64,000 nt of DNA from an uncultured Actinomycetes bacterium. GTDB taxonomy: Bacteria; Actinomycetota; Acidimicrobiia; IMCC26256; PALSA-610. Below the pieces are notes generated by a model. It saw only the letters and a program-made list of their open reading frames with translations. It searched no databases and was not told the DNA's origin. Where the stretch lies: contig CAWJBX010000014.1 in NCBI GenBank assembly GCA_963841195.1, positions 335,914-399,913 on the forward strand. The letters run 5' to 3'. Shown here piece by piece: positions 35,616-46,270 of the stretch. How positions within the stretch are numbered: position 1 is the stretch's first letter; the number at the start of each line of letters is the position of its first letter. The position numbers and the translations under genes were made by a program.

Positions 35616-36640
35616 GCGGTCGGTTGCCACTCTTGTTGCCGCGGCGAAACCTGCGGCTGAGGCGTGTTCATCAACACGTGGCGCACGACGTCGTCGGTCG
35701 TGATGCCGTCGGCGAGTGCGTCGTACGTGAGGATCAAACGGTGACGCAACACTTCGGGCGCAACATCGAAGATGTCCTGTGGCACGACGAAGCTGCGGCC
35801 GCGCAACAGTGCGAGGGCGCGTCCGGCCGCCACCAATCCGAGCGTCGCACGCGGGCTGGCGCCGAGCGCGATGTGCGGCGCCATCGGCGGCATGCCCCAC
35901 GCAGCCGGTTCGCGCGTCGCCATCACGAGGCGCACCGCATATTCCTGCACGGCGTGGTGCGCGAAGACCGCGTCGGTCGCGGCCTGCAACGCTTGCAGTT
36001 GTTCGAGTGACAACACCTGGCGGGCGCTCGGCGGCGAGACCGACATGCGGTGCGTGATTTCGATCTCTTCGGCGTACGACGGCTGCTGCACGACGACCTG
36101 CATCATGAACCGGTCGCGTTGCGCTTCCGGCAGCGCGTACACACCTTCCGACTCGATCGGGTTTTGTGTCGCGAGCACGAGGAACGGCGCCGGCAGCTTG
36201 CGGGTCTGTCCGGCGATCGACACGTGGCGTTCGGCCATGACTTCCAACAACGCGGACTGCACCTTCGCGGGCGCACGGTTGATTTCGTCGGCGAGGACGA
36301 GGTTCGCGAACACCGGCCCCCACTCGATGTCGAACTCTTCTCGCGACGGGCGCCACACACGCGTGCCGACGATGTCAGCGGGCACGAGGTCGGGCGTGAA
36401 CTGGATGCGCGCGAACGTTCCGCCGATGACGTCCGACATCGTCGACACGGTGAGCGACTTGGCGAGGCCGGGTACACCTTCGATCAAGCAGTGGCCCCGC
36501 GCGAGCAAGCAGATGAACGCGCGTTCGACCATGCGGTCTTGTCCGACGATGACGCGCTTCACTTCGAAGAGCGCGTCCTCGAGGTGCCGCGCGTGCTGCG
36601 CGTGCTCCTCGGCGTCGAAGGGCTGATTGGGCTCGGTCAT
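35612..36640 (-). CDS. moxR: MoxR family AAA+ ATPase
   Basis: EGVPGLAKS, RIQFTPDL, DEINRAPAKVQSALLE, ATQNPIE, GASPRA. Confidence 0.95.
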   Translation of the reverse strand: MTEPNQPFDAEEHAQHARHLEDALFEVKRVIVGQDRMVERAFICLLARGHCLIEGVPGLAKSLTVSTMSDVIGGTFARIQFTPDLVPADIVGTRVWRPSREEFDIEWGPVFANLVLADEINRAPAKVQSALLEVMAERHVSIAGQTRKLPAPFLVLATQNPIESEGVYALPEAQRDRFMMQVVVQQPSYAEEIEITHRMSVSPPSARQVLSLEQLQALQAATDAVFAHHAVQEYAVRLVMATREPAAWGMPPMAPHIALGASPRATLGLVAAGRALALLRGRSFVVPQDIFDVAPEVLRHRLILTYDALADGITTDDVVRHVLMNTPQPQVSPRQQEWQPTA

Positions 36641-36810
36641 GCGCGGACTCCTGGCGAGGGTTTGCGATCGGTGTGTGGCCGACATAGTGACCACTCATAC
36701 TGAGAAATCCTTGCGCTCCAGCGCAGAAAGTTGCCAGCCTGTTCTCATCATCTCGCAGCAAAATGGCAGCCAATTGGCCAGTCGGAGCAGCACTTGTGAA
36801 CGACAGTGAG

Positions 36811-37950
36811 ATGAACAACGGTCAGTCGCAGCCGTGGTCGTCGACCGACGTCTGGGCGCCCGGGTGGTACACCGACCCGTGGCAGGCAGGGCGCGAACGG
36901 CGCTGGACCGGCAACGCGTGGACTGAAGAGACACGGGGCGCGACCGGACCTGACATCAGCGGACTCGGCGGCGGACCGCCGGCCTCCGCGTCCTCCCCCT
37001 TTGCCGACGCGGCGCCCGAACCCACTCCGCCGGTCCACACGACGCGCTGGACCACCCGTCGGATCGTGACGGCCGTTGTCGCACTCGCGGTGATCGCGCT
37101 CATTCTCGGCTTCACGGTGACGTACGTCGCGGCCGACACGTCGTCGAAATCCGCGAACCCGACGACGCCCCCGACCGACAACACGCCGTCGACCCAGCCC
37201 ACGACACCGAACACCACACCGTCGTTCGGTTCAATACCCGGCATCGGCCTCACCCCGCCGCCGAGTTCCGAGACGCCGCCCGGTGCCTCGTCGGGCGGTT
37301 CCGGGAATCCGTCGGCTGGTGGATCGAGCGGTGGCGGTCAGCAGTCGACCGATCCCAGTGCGAACGTGTTGACGCAACTCGTCGTTCGCCAAGCCGACGT
37401 CACCGCACCGAACACGGTGCAGCCGAGCGCGGGCGGCGACAGCGTTGCCGGCGCCGCGACGCTCGACTTGTGCAACGGCACGTTCCCGAGCGAAGCGGCG
37501 CGGACGGCGCGTTTGCAAAACGAGATGGTCGACGGAACCGACCAGCCGTTGTTCAGTACCGAAGCCGTGTTGTACCGCGACTCGAAGTCGACCGCGCAAG
37601 CGTTCTCGGAGCTGCAGTCGGTTGTCGCGGGCTGCCCGTCGTCGCCAGTGGTGAGTCCGGTCGGCGAACCGACGGTCGCGACAAAGTTCAATGCGCCGCC
37701 CGATACGAACTGGTCGCAAGTTCCGGGCGTAACGCGCCAGGCCTACGACTTCACGATGAGCGACAGTTTGGGTGACTCGCAGCGCGGCGTCGCCGTGTAC
37801 CTGCGACGGGGCCGTGCGCTCCTCGCGCTCTATTTCCAGAACCCCGACGCGCCACAACCGTCGATCACCGGCAAGACGACGATGTCGGAGATCACCACCG
37901 CCTTCGCGCAGCGCCTCGCCGCGGTACCGGGTTCGGCAATCGGCGCGTAA
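36811..37950 (+). CDS. DUF2510 membrane protein with Pro/Ser linker and extracellular domain
   Basis: PGWYTDP..RRWTG..WT, one TM helix, two-Cys C-terminal domain. Confidence 0.85.
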   Translation: MNNGQSQPWSSTDVWAPGWYTDPWQAGRERRWTGNAWTEETRGATGPDISGLGGGPPASASSPFADAAPEPTPPVHTTRWTTRRIVTAVVALAVIALILGFTVTYVAADTSSKSANPTTPPTDNTPSTQPTTPNTTPSFGSIPGIGLTPPPSSETPPGASSGGSGNPSAGGSSGGGQQSTDPSANVLTQLVVRQADVTAPNTVQPSAGGDSVAGAATLDLCNGTFPSEAARTARLQNEMVDGTDQPLFSTEAVLYRDSKSTAQAFSELQSVVAGCPSSPVVSPVGEPTVATKFNAPPDTNWSQVPGVTRQAYDFTMSDSLGDSQRGVAVYLRRGRALLALYFQNPDAPQPSITGKTTMSEITTAFAQRLAAVPGSAIGA

Positions 37951-38035
37951 GCGGTTCAGTCGCCGGGAGCCCGCGCCCCGGCCACCCCACAGGCATCGGC
38001 GCGCGTTCCCGCGCCCTTGACACCCGGATTATTGA

Positions 38036-38465
38036 TCAGGCGCGGCGCTGAGCCTCGCGGCGGTACCGGATGTTGAACTGACGCATCCGCGCGTTGAAGT
38101 CGTTCACCAGCTTGGCGCGCGCGACCGGATCGTCCTCGCGCCCGAGCGCGGCTTCGAGCTGGGCCTCGAGTTCGGCGATGCGCGCAACCGTTGTCGGCCG
38201 CTTCGTTCGCTTCGGCTTCCGCGCCGGCGCGCGGGTCGGGGCGCGGGAGCCACCCGCCCTCGTTCGCCAGCGGTTCGTGGTCGCGGGGTTTCGACCACCC
38301 GAGATCGCGTTTTAGGACGTATTGATCAGAAGCCTTGTTTACCGCGACCGCGACGACTTCGACCGGCTCGAAACACGCGTCCACGCACGCTTTCCGCGTG
38401 CAGTAGTCGTAACCGAGTTCCGTGCGCTCCATCGAGAGCTCGTCACCACAATGCCGGCACTCCAA
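38036..38465 (-). CDS. Small C4 zinc-finger protein (frameshift in the middle)
   Basis: CRHC-x15-C-x4-C N-terminus; helical C-terminus IAELEAQLE..LVNDFNARMRQFNIRYR in a shifted frame. Confidence 0.65.
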
Positions 38466-38551
38466 GAACCAATCCTCCGAGAACGAAACAGCGATTGTTC
38501 AACGACGGACGCTGCGTCATCATTCCCGGGCGCCGGCCCAGCGCAGACTGC

Positions 38552-39832
38552 TCAGCCGCGTCGAGCGATGTACTTCGCGTAGCCCTCGGCCATGGTGCGG
38601 AGTTCCGGGTCGGCTTGGAAGCGCGGCTCGTACTTCTCCCACGCCTTCGCGCGCTTGGCCGGGATGTACTCGGTCGGCCAGTAGCCCTCATGCGGGCGGT
38701 ACTCCTTCAGCACATTGCGCGCCACGGTGGCCTTGTGCACCTCGTCGACACCGTCGGCGATGCCCATCGTCGGCGCACCGGCGTACATCGCTTGCAGCGG
38801 CGTGAGGTTCGTTGTGCCCAACGAGCCGAGAATGTGCAACGCGTTGAACGACACGTCTCGCAGCACTTTGGCCATCGTGTACTTCACGGCCGCGATGTCG
38901 GTGCGCGTCGCCTGCGTGCTCGAGTTGTCGATCTTCCACGCCGTTTCGAGCACGAACAACCGCAGCATGCGGATCTGGGCGTAAGAGTCGGCGATCTTCT
39001 CCTGCACCATCTGGTGCTCGGCGATGATCTTGCCGTGCGACTCGCGGCTCAGTGCCCGTTCGCACATCATGTCGAACGCGAGCTTGCACTGCGCGATCGT
39101 CCGCATCGCGTGGTGGATACGACCGCCGCCGAGGCGGCGCTGGGCGAGCACCTTGGCACCGTCTTCGGGGCCGAGCAGATGGTCGAGCGGCACGCGCACT
39201 TCGTTGTAGATGATGTGGTTGTGGTTGCGCGGCTCGGGCTGGATCTCGACGCCCGGCGTTTCGCGCGGCACCACGTACATGCCGTTCGTGCACATGACGA
39301 ACAAGATGTCGGCGACGCGGCCCGCACTCGTAAACCACTTCTCACCGTTGATGACCCACTCGTCGCCGTCGCGCGTTGCGTGCGTCTTGAAGAGGTTGGG
39401 GTCGGAGCCGCCCTGCGGTTCGGTCATCGAATACGCCGACCACAGTTCCTGGTTGAGCATCGGCTTCAACCAGCGTTCCTTCTGTTCCTCGGTGCCGTAG
39501 GCCGCGAGCATCTCCATGTTGCCGGTATCGGGCGCGGCCGAACCGAACATCTGCGGCGCCGACGGGTAACGGCCGAGGATCTCGTTCAACAGCCCGAGCT
39601 TCAGCTGCCCGTAGCCGGGACCGCCGAGGTCTTCGTCGAGGAAGATGGCCCACAAGCCTTGATCTTTGATCTGGTCTTGCAAGCCGCGCACCAGACCCTT
39701 GATCTTCGGATCAGGTGACCGCACCGCATACGGAAAGATGTATTCGAGGGGTTCGACCTCTTCGCGGCAGAACTCGTCAACCCAGTCGAGCTTCTTCTGG
39801 AACTCCGGTTCGGTCGAGAAATCCCATGCCAT
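38552..39832 (-). CDS. Acyl-CoA dehydrogenase
   Basis: APDTGNME, SMTEP.GGSD, INGEKWF, GRIHHAMR, IADGVDEVH. Confidence 0.94.
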   Translation of the reverse strand: MAWDFSTEPEFQKKLDWVDEFCREEVEPLEYIFPYAVRSPDPKIKGLVRGLQDQIKDQGLWAIFLDEDLGGPGYGQLKLGLLNEILGRYPSAPQMFGSAAPDTGNMEMLAAYGTEEQKERWLKPMLNQELWSAYSMTEPQGGSDPNLFKTHATRDGDEWVINGEKWFTSAGRVADILFVMCTNGMYVVPRETPGVEIQPEPRNHNHIIYNEVRVPLDHLLGPEDGAKVLAQRRLGGGRIHHAMRTIAQCKLAFDMMCERALSRESHGKIIAEHQMVQEKIADSYAQIRMLRLFVLETAWKIDNSSTQATRTDIAAVKYTMAKVLRDVSFNALHILGSLGTTNLTPLQAMYAGAPTMGIADGVDEVHKATVARNVLKEYRPHEGYWPTEYIPAKRAKAWEKYEPRFQADPELRTMAEGYAKYIARRG

Positions 39833-39926
39833 CGGCTCATCCTCTTCGTCGTGTTGCAACGACAGTCTGCCCTATGCGAACGCGCCGACGCCGGGCCGGC
39901 CGATCCGGGCCTCATAGGGTCGGCGC

Positions 39927-41099
39927 ATGACGGCACACGGGTTCCAGAATGGGGCCGAGCAGCGAATCGCGACCACGCTTTCGCGACACGTCGACGCCGG
40001 GCACCTGCCGGGCGCCGTGTTCGGCGTGAGCCGCCGCGGCGAAACCCTTGCGCGCGCGGTCGGGAGCTCCGAGGTCGGCGGCGCGCCGATGCCGTCCGAC
40101 GCGTTGTTTCGCATCACCTCGATGACGCGGCCAATCACCGCGTTCGCAACGCTGCTGCTGGTCGAGCGCGGGCTCATTGCGCTCGACGAGCCCGTCGACC
40201 GTGTGCTCCCCGAGCTGGCCGACCGCCGCGTGCTGCGCGCCCTCAACGGACCGATCGACGACACCGTCGCGGCGACCCGGTCGATCACACTCCGCGATCT
40301 TCTGACGATGCGCGGCGGTTTCGGGATGATCTTGGCGCCGCCGAGCGAGTATCCGATCCTGCAAGCGGAAGCCGACCTCGAACTGTGTTCGGCCGGTCCG
40401 CCCGTTCCGGCGACGCCACACGCACCCGACGAGTGGATGCGCCGCATGGGAACGCTCCCGTTGATGGATCAACCCGGCGAGCAGTGGCGTTACGCCACCG
40501 GCTCGATGATCTTGGGAGTGTTGAACGCACGCGTTGCCGCGCAACCGATCGAAGACCTCTACCGCGAAGCGATCTTCGAACCGTTGGGAATGCGCGACAC
40601 CGCGTTCTTCGCCGCACCCGGCGACCGACACGTGCTACCGCCGTGCTACACGCATACGGGCGACGCGCTTGTGCAATTCGACGACGACGGAACGTGGACG
40701 CATCCGCGTCCGTTCCCCGACGGCGGCGCGGGCTTGCTGTCGACAGCCGGCGACTACGTGCGCTTCGGGAGCGTGCTCATGCGCGGCACCGACGGCATGA
40801 TCTCGCCCGACCTGCTTGCACAGATGACGACTGACCAACTCACTGCCGAACAACGAGCCACGGCCGGGCCGATCCTCGATCCGCGTGGATGGGGATTCGG
40901 TATGTCGATCATCAGCCCGCCCGCCGACACCCGCGGCCCCAAGGGCTACGGCTGGAGCGGCGGTTTCGGAACCGTGTGGTGGAACGACCCCGACGAAGAA
41001 TTGACGGCAGTGTTGTGCACGCAGGTGATGTTCTCGGAAGCGCTCTTCGCGGCCGAGAACGACTTTGCGAGTGTGCTGTACGACGCGCTCGCTGAATGA
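39927..41099 (+). CDS. Serine hydrolase, beta-lactamase family
   Basis: FRITSMTR, LLTM, QPGEQWRY, GWSGGFGT. Confidence 0.9.
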   Translation: MTAHGFQNGAEQRIATTLSRHVDAGHLPGAVFGVSRRGETLARAVGSSEVGGAPMPSDALFRITSMTRPITAFATLLLVERGLIALDEPVDRVLPELADRRVLRALNGPIDDTVAATRSITLRDLLTMRGGFGMILAPPSEYPILQAEADLELCSAGPPVPATPHAPDEWMRRMGTLPLMDQPGEQWRYATGSMILGVLNARVAAQPIEDLYREAIFEPLGMRDTAFFAAPGDRHVLPPCYTHTGDALVQFDDDGTWTHPRPFPDGGAGLLSTAGDYVRFGSVLMRGTDGMISPDLLAQMTTDQLTAEQRATAGPILDPRGWGFGMSIISPPADTRGPKGYGWSGGFGTVWWNDPDEELTAVLCTQVMFSEALFAAENDFASVLYDALAE

Positions 41100-41130
41100 A
41101 CGGCGTGCGCGCAGCCGGTACCGTTGCCGC

Positions 41131-41412
41131 ATGAGCGGAACCCGCGTGCCCGGCGGTGTGGTGCACAAACTTCCGGCTGATCTGCGCACGGCACTGCTCG
41201 CGAACCGCACCGCGCTCGACGCGTGGAACGACATCACGCCGCTCGCGCGCAACGAGTTCATCTGCTGGGTCGAAGACGCCAAGCAGGCCACAACGCGCGC
41301 GCGCCGCATCCGGCGGACCCAGGAAGAACTCGAAGAAGGCCAGCGCCGTCCGTGCTGCTGGCCCGGTTGCAAGCACCGCGAGCGCACCGGTCGGACCCGC
41401 GCCCCCGTTTGA
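41131..41412 (+). CDS. YdeI/OmpD-associated family protein
   Basis: TPLARNEFICWVEDAK..TR.RRI..RPCCWPGC. Confidence 0.88.
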   Translation: MSGTRVPGGVVHKLPADLRTALLANRTALDAWNDITPLARNEFICWVEDAKQATTRARRIRRTQEELEEGQRRPCCWPGCKHRERTGRTRAPV

Positions 41413-41425
41413 CGGTCGGTCAGCA

Positions 41426-41442
41426 AAAGCTATAGATATCTC
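41426..41442. promoter_or_regulatory. TAGAT operator copy 1 (degenerate)
   Basis: aaagctatagatatctc just before ATG 41449. Confidence 0.5.
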
Positions 41443-41448
41443 GACAGC

Positions 41449-42255
41449 ATGGAGTCGCACCATCGGAACCTGCGCGTCGAGCGCGAGGGATTCGTCAGCA
41501 CCGTCACGATCGACAATCCGAAGTCGAAGAACGCGTGCACTGGCGACATGTGGGTCGCACTCGGTGCGGTGTTCCGTGAGCTGAGTTTCTCGGGAACGCG
41601 TGCGATCGTGCTCACCGGCGCGGGCGGCGAGTTCTGCAGCGGCGCCGATCTCGGCGGCGGCGCGCCGAGCGACGGCTCGAACCGCGGCTCGCAACCGTTG
41701 GGAACGATGACCGACGCGATGCGCGTGCTCGCCGAAGTCGTGCTGGCTGTGCACGATTGCCCGGTGCCGGTCGTCGCCAAGGTCGACGGATTGTGCGTCG
41801 GCGCCGGGCTCGGTCTTGCGCTGGCGGCCGACCTCACGTGGTGTTCCGACCGCGCCCGCTTTTCGGCGATCTTCGCCAAGCGCGGCCTCAGCCTCGACTT
41901 CGGTTCGTCGTGGCTGTTGCGGCAACGGGTCGGCGTGCACAAAGCGAAGGAGATGGCGTTCACTGCGAACATGTTGAGCGGCACCGAGGCATTCGAGTTT
42001 GGGCTCGTCAACGCGGTGGTGCCGGCCGAGCAGCTCGACGATGCGGTGCGCGCCGTCACCGAAACGATCGCAGCCGGTCCGCCGATCGCGCTCGCATCGA
42101 CGAAGCGCGAGCTCGACAATGCGTCGGGCCTGTCGCTCGCGCAAGCCCTCGAGATCGAAGCGCTCGCGCAGGCCGTCAACGTCAACACCGAAGACCTTCG
42201 GGAAGCGTTGATGGCGTTCATGGAACGCCGACCGGCGGAATTCAAGGGCCGGTAG
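41449..42255 (+). CDS. Enoyl-CoA hydratase/isomerase family
   Basis: FCSGADL, PVVAKVDG, GLVN, F.ERR.AEF.GR. Confidence 0.92.
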   Translation: MESHHRNLRVEREGFVSTVTIDNPKSKNACTGDMWVALGAVFRELSFSGTRAIVLTGAGGEFCSGADLGGGAPSDGSNRGSQPLGTMTDAMRVLAEVVLAVHDCPVPVVAKVDGLCVGAGLGLALAADLTWCSDRARFSAIFAKRGLSLDFGSSWLLRQRVGVHKAKEMAFTANMLSGTEAFEFGLVNAVVPAEQLDDAVRAVTETIAAGPPIALASTKRELDNASGLSLAQALEIEALAQAVNVNTEDLREALMAFMERRPAEFKGR

Positions 42256-42263
42256 GACAGACG

Positions 42264-43773
42264 ATGAGCGAACGCGACACGTCCGAAGCTTGGGACGAGG
42301 TTCTCACCGACCTCGAGCAACGTCGGGCAACGTCGCGCGCGATGGGCGGCGACGAACGGCTCGCCAAACATCGTGGGCAGGGAAAGCTCGACGTCCGGGC
42401 CCGTCATCGCGTATCTCCTCGACGCCGACTCGTTTCAGGAACTCGGCACACTGATCGGCGGCGAAGACGCACCGGCCGACGCGGTCGTGATGGGTTCCGG
42501 TCGCGTCGACGGCCGGCCCGTGATGGTCGCGGCCGAAGACTTCACCGTGAAGGCGGGAACGATCAGCGCGGCCGCGAACGCGAAGCGGCATCGGGTTGCC
42601 GAGATCGCCGCAACCGATCGCGTGCCGTTGATCATGATGCTCGAAGGTGCGGGCTACCGCGCCGACGGCAAGCCGCACGTCGCGCCGACACCTACCGACA
42701 TGCTCGCCCAAGCGCGCTGTTCGGGACGGGTGCCGCTCGTCACCGCGGTCCTCGGGCCGTCGGCCGGTCATGGCGCGCTCGTTGCGGGCATCTCCGACTT
42801 CACCGTGATGAGCGTGCACGCGTCGATCTTCACGGCCGGACCTCCAGTCGTCCTCGAATCGATGGGCGAAGAAATCTCGAAGGAAGATCTCGGCGGCCCG
42901 AGCGTCGCGCTCGCGAGCGGCCTGATCCACAACGGCGCGGACGACGACCAAGGCGCGCTCGACCTCGTGCGCGCGTACTTGCGCTACTTCCCGTCGTCGG
43001 CGTGGTCGTATCCGCCGCACACGCCCGGCGCCGACGATGCGCCCCGACGCGTCGACGAGATCGTCGACATCGTCCCGCGCAACGGCCGCCGCGTCTACGA
43101 CATGCGCAAGGTGATCGACGTCGTCTTCGACGAGGGTTCCGCGTTCGAGATGCAACCGGATTTCGGGCGGCCCGTGATCACCGCACTCGCCCGCCTCGGC
43201 GGTCATCCGGTCGCAATCGTTGCGAACCAACCGCTCGTGCAAGCGGGCTCGATCGACGCCGACGGCGCCGAGAAGGCCGCGCACTTCATCACCGTTGCCG
43301 ACTCGTTCCATGTTCCGCTCGTGTTCCTCTCCGACAACCCGGGCGTGCTCCCCGGCAGCAAGTCGGAAAAGCAAGCGATCCTCCGCAAAGGCGCGCGCAT
43401 GTATGCCGCGCAGACCATGGCGACGACACCGAAATTCGAAGTCACGTTGCGCAAGGCGTACGGCTTCGGCTCGATGGTCATGGGCATGATCCCGTTCGAC
43501 GGCCAGTCGGCGGTGTTTGCGTTTCCCGGCGTGACGATGGGCGCGATGGGCGCCGCCGCGATGAGCCGAGCGAGGGGCTCGGACGACGACGAAGCCGCGA
43601 TGCTGCGCCGGCAAGAAGTCGAAGCGTCGTACCGAACCGCGAAGTCGTTCGGTGTCGACGAGCTGATCGACCCGCGCGAGATCCGCAACGTCTTGCTGCA
43701 TTCGCTCGAACGGGCGGTGTACCGCCGGCAGGCGGCTGCTGAACCGGTCGCGCGCATCGGCAACACGCTGTAG
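42264..43773 (+). CDS. Acyl-CoA carboxylase carboxyltransferase subunit (frameshift near 42403)
   Basis: MGGDERLAKH..GKLDVR.R, then EDFTV.AGT, EDLGG, VANQP, LRKAYG. Confidence 0.9.
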
Positions 43774-43783
43774 CGCGGCACGC

Positions 43784-44650
43784 ATGCAGTTCAATCTCTT
43801 CTTGCCCCAAATGCGCATGTCGTTCGAGCAGCTCGTCGACCGCGCACGCGCCGCGGAAGCGGCCGGGTTTCAGGGCGTGACCGGCATGGACCATCTGGCG
43901 CCGCCGCTCGCAGAAGCGCAACCGATGTACGAAGCGATGGTGACGAACACCTGGATCGCGGCGCACACGGAACGGATCGCCGTCGGCTCACTCGTATTGT
44001 GCGACGCGTTCCGACTGCCGACGATGTTGGCGCGGGAAGTGGTGTCGATCGACCACGCGTCGGGCGGTCGATTCGAGCTCGGTATCGGAGCCGGTTCAGT
44101 GCCGGACGAGTTCGCAACGTTCGGCGTCGGGTCGGCAGAACCGCGCGTGCGCGTCGACCGTTTGCGCGAAACGCTGGAGGTGCTGCGTGCGCTCTGGCGC
44201 GGCGAGGCCGTCGACTACGACGGCCAGTACCATCAGTTGCGCGGCGCGCGTCAAGAGCCTGCACCGCTCGGTCACATCCCGATCGTCATCGGTGCGCAAG
44301 GGCCGAGGATGCTCGCCATCGTGCGCGAGTTCGCCGACTGGTGGAATATCGACGTGAGCGGCCTGCACAAGCTCGACGATTTGCGATCGCAGGTTGGCGA
44401 TGCGCGCCCGTCGATTCAGCAAATGGTCGCCCTCGTTCCGCGCGGCGCCGACCGTGACGCGATCGTCGAAACGACGACGCGCCGCTTCAAATGGTCGCGA
44501 CCGGTCATCGGTTCGGCGAGCGAGCTCGTCGACCACTACGGACAGCTCGGCGAACAAGGCATCGAACGCGTCTACACGTGGTTCTGCGACTTTGCGCCAC
44601 CCGAGACGCTCGCCGAGTTCGGCGCAGACGTCGTCTCCCACTTCCGATGA
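43784..44650 (+). CDS. LLM-class flavin-dependent oxidoreductase
   Basis: AEAAGF..MDHL, SGGRFELGIGAG, PIVIG. Confidence 0.9.
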   Translation: MQFNLFLPQMRMSFEQLVDRARAAEAAGFQGVTGMDHLAPPLAEAQPMYEAMVTNTWIAAHTERIAVGSLVLCDAFRLPTMLAREVVSIDHASGGRFELGIGAGSVPDEFATFGVGSAEPRVRVDRLRETLEVLRALWRGEAVDYDGQYHQLRGARQEPAPLGHIPIVIGAQGPRMLAIVREFADWWNIDVSGLHKLDDLRSQVGDARPSIQQMVALVPRGADRDAIVETTTRRFKWSRPVIGSASELVDHYGQLGEQGIERVYTWFCDFAPPETLAEFGADVVSHFR

Positions 44651-46270
44651 CCGTCGCTCAGCTCGTCCGTCGCCGTGCGGACGACGAGCGCACCGCGTTG
44701 TTGTTCGAGGATCGACGTTGGAGTTGGCGCGAGCACGTCAGCATGTCGGCGACGCGCGCCGCTTGCGCGCTCGATCGACGCGTCACCGGCCCGTTCCACA
44801 TCGGTTTTCTGCTCGAGAACGTTCCCGAGACGAGCTTCTGGCTCGCCGCGGGCGCGGTCGCGGGCGCGACGATGGTCGGCATCAACTCGACGCGGCGCGG
44901 CGAAGAGCTGGCCGCCGACATTCGTTACACCGATTGCCAGCTGATCGTCACCGAACCGGCGCTGCGCCCACTGCTCGACGGGCTCGACCTCGGCGTTGCC
45001 TCCGACCGGATCCTCGTCGTCGACACCGACGAATACGCAGCCGAACTCGCGCCGTATTTCGACGCCGCGCTGCCGGACATCGACCCGGCGCCCGAGAGCA
45101 CCGCGTTGCTGGTGTTCACGTCGGGAACTTCTGGTGGTGCACCCAAGGCCGCGGTTGTCTCGCAAAAGCGGCTCGCGGGCTACGGACGCGGCTTGTGCGA
45201 GCGCCACGGCGTTACTGCCGATTCCGTCTGCTATCTCGCAATGCCGCTCTTTCATTCCAACGCGCTGTACGCAGGTTGGGCGCCGGCAGTCGCAGTAGGT
45301 GCGACGATCGCGCTGCGCCGCCGCTTTTCGGCGTCACAGTTCCTGCCCGACGTTCGCCGGTACGGCGCGACGTATTTCAACTACGTCGGGAAGCCGCTGA
45401 GCTACATCCTCGCGACGCCGGAGCAACCGGATGATCGCGATCACACGTTGCAACGAGTCGTGGGCAACGAAGCGAATCCCAACGACATCGAACGATTTGC
45501 GACGCGGTTCGGCGTCGTCGTGGTCGACAGCTACGGGTCCACCGAAGGCGGCGTCATGGTCGGCCGTACCGCGGGACAGCCCGCCGGTGCGCTGGGCCGC
45601 CTTCCCGACGGTGCGCTCGTTGTCGATCCGGAAACCGGTGCGACGCGCGCGTCTGCCGAATTCGACGACGGCGGCCGCTCTGCGCAATCCCGAAGCGTGC
45701 ATCGGCGAACTGGTGAACACGAGCACCGGATCGTTCGAGGGCTATTACAAGAACGCCGACGCGATGCGCGTGCGCACGCGGAACGGCTGGTACTGGTCTG
45801 GTGATCTCGGTTACGTCGACGCCGACGGGTGGCTCTACTTCGCGGGTCGCGACTACGACTGGATTCGCGTCGACGGTGAGAACTTCGCGGCGGCGCCGGT
45901 CGAGCGCATCGTCGGCCGGCTTCCCGACGTCGTGCTCGCCGCGGTGTACGCGGTTCCCGCGCCCGACGTCGGCGACGACGTCATGGTGGCGTTGCAACTC
46001 GCGCCGGGCGCGCAGTTCGACGCGCGCGCCTTCGACGACTTCCTCGCGAACCAGGCCGACCTCGGCACCAAATGGAGTCCGCGTTACGTGCGGGTCTCTT
46101 CGGCACTGCCGCTCACCGCAACAACCAAGCTCGTCAAACGGCAACTGCGCGCCGAGCGGTGGGAATGCACCGATCCGGTGTGGTGGCGGCCCGCACGCAA
46201 TGACGCGCTCCGCCCGCTCACGCCCGAGGACAAACACGCGATCCGGCCGATGGATTACCCGTCGAGATAG
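44647..46270 (+). CDS. Acyl-CoA synthetase, FadD17-like (frameshift near 45680)
   Basis: FTSGTSG.PK, YGSTEG, SGDLGY, RVDGEN. Confidence 0.9.
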
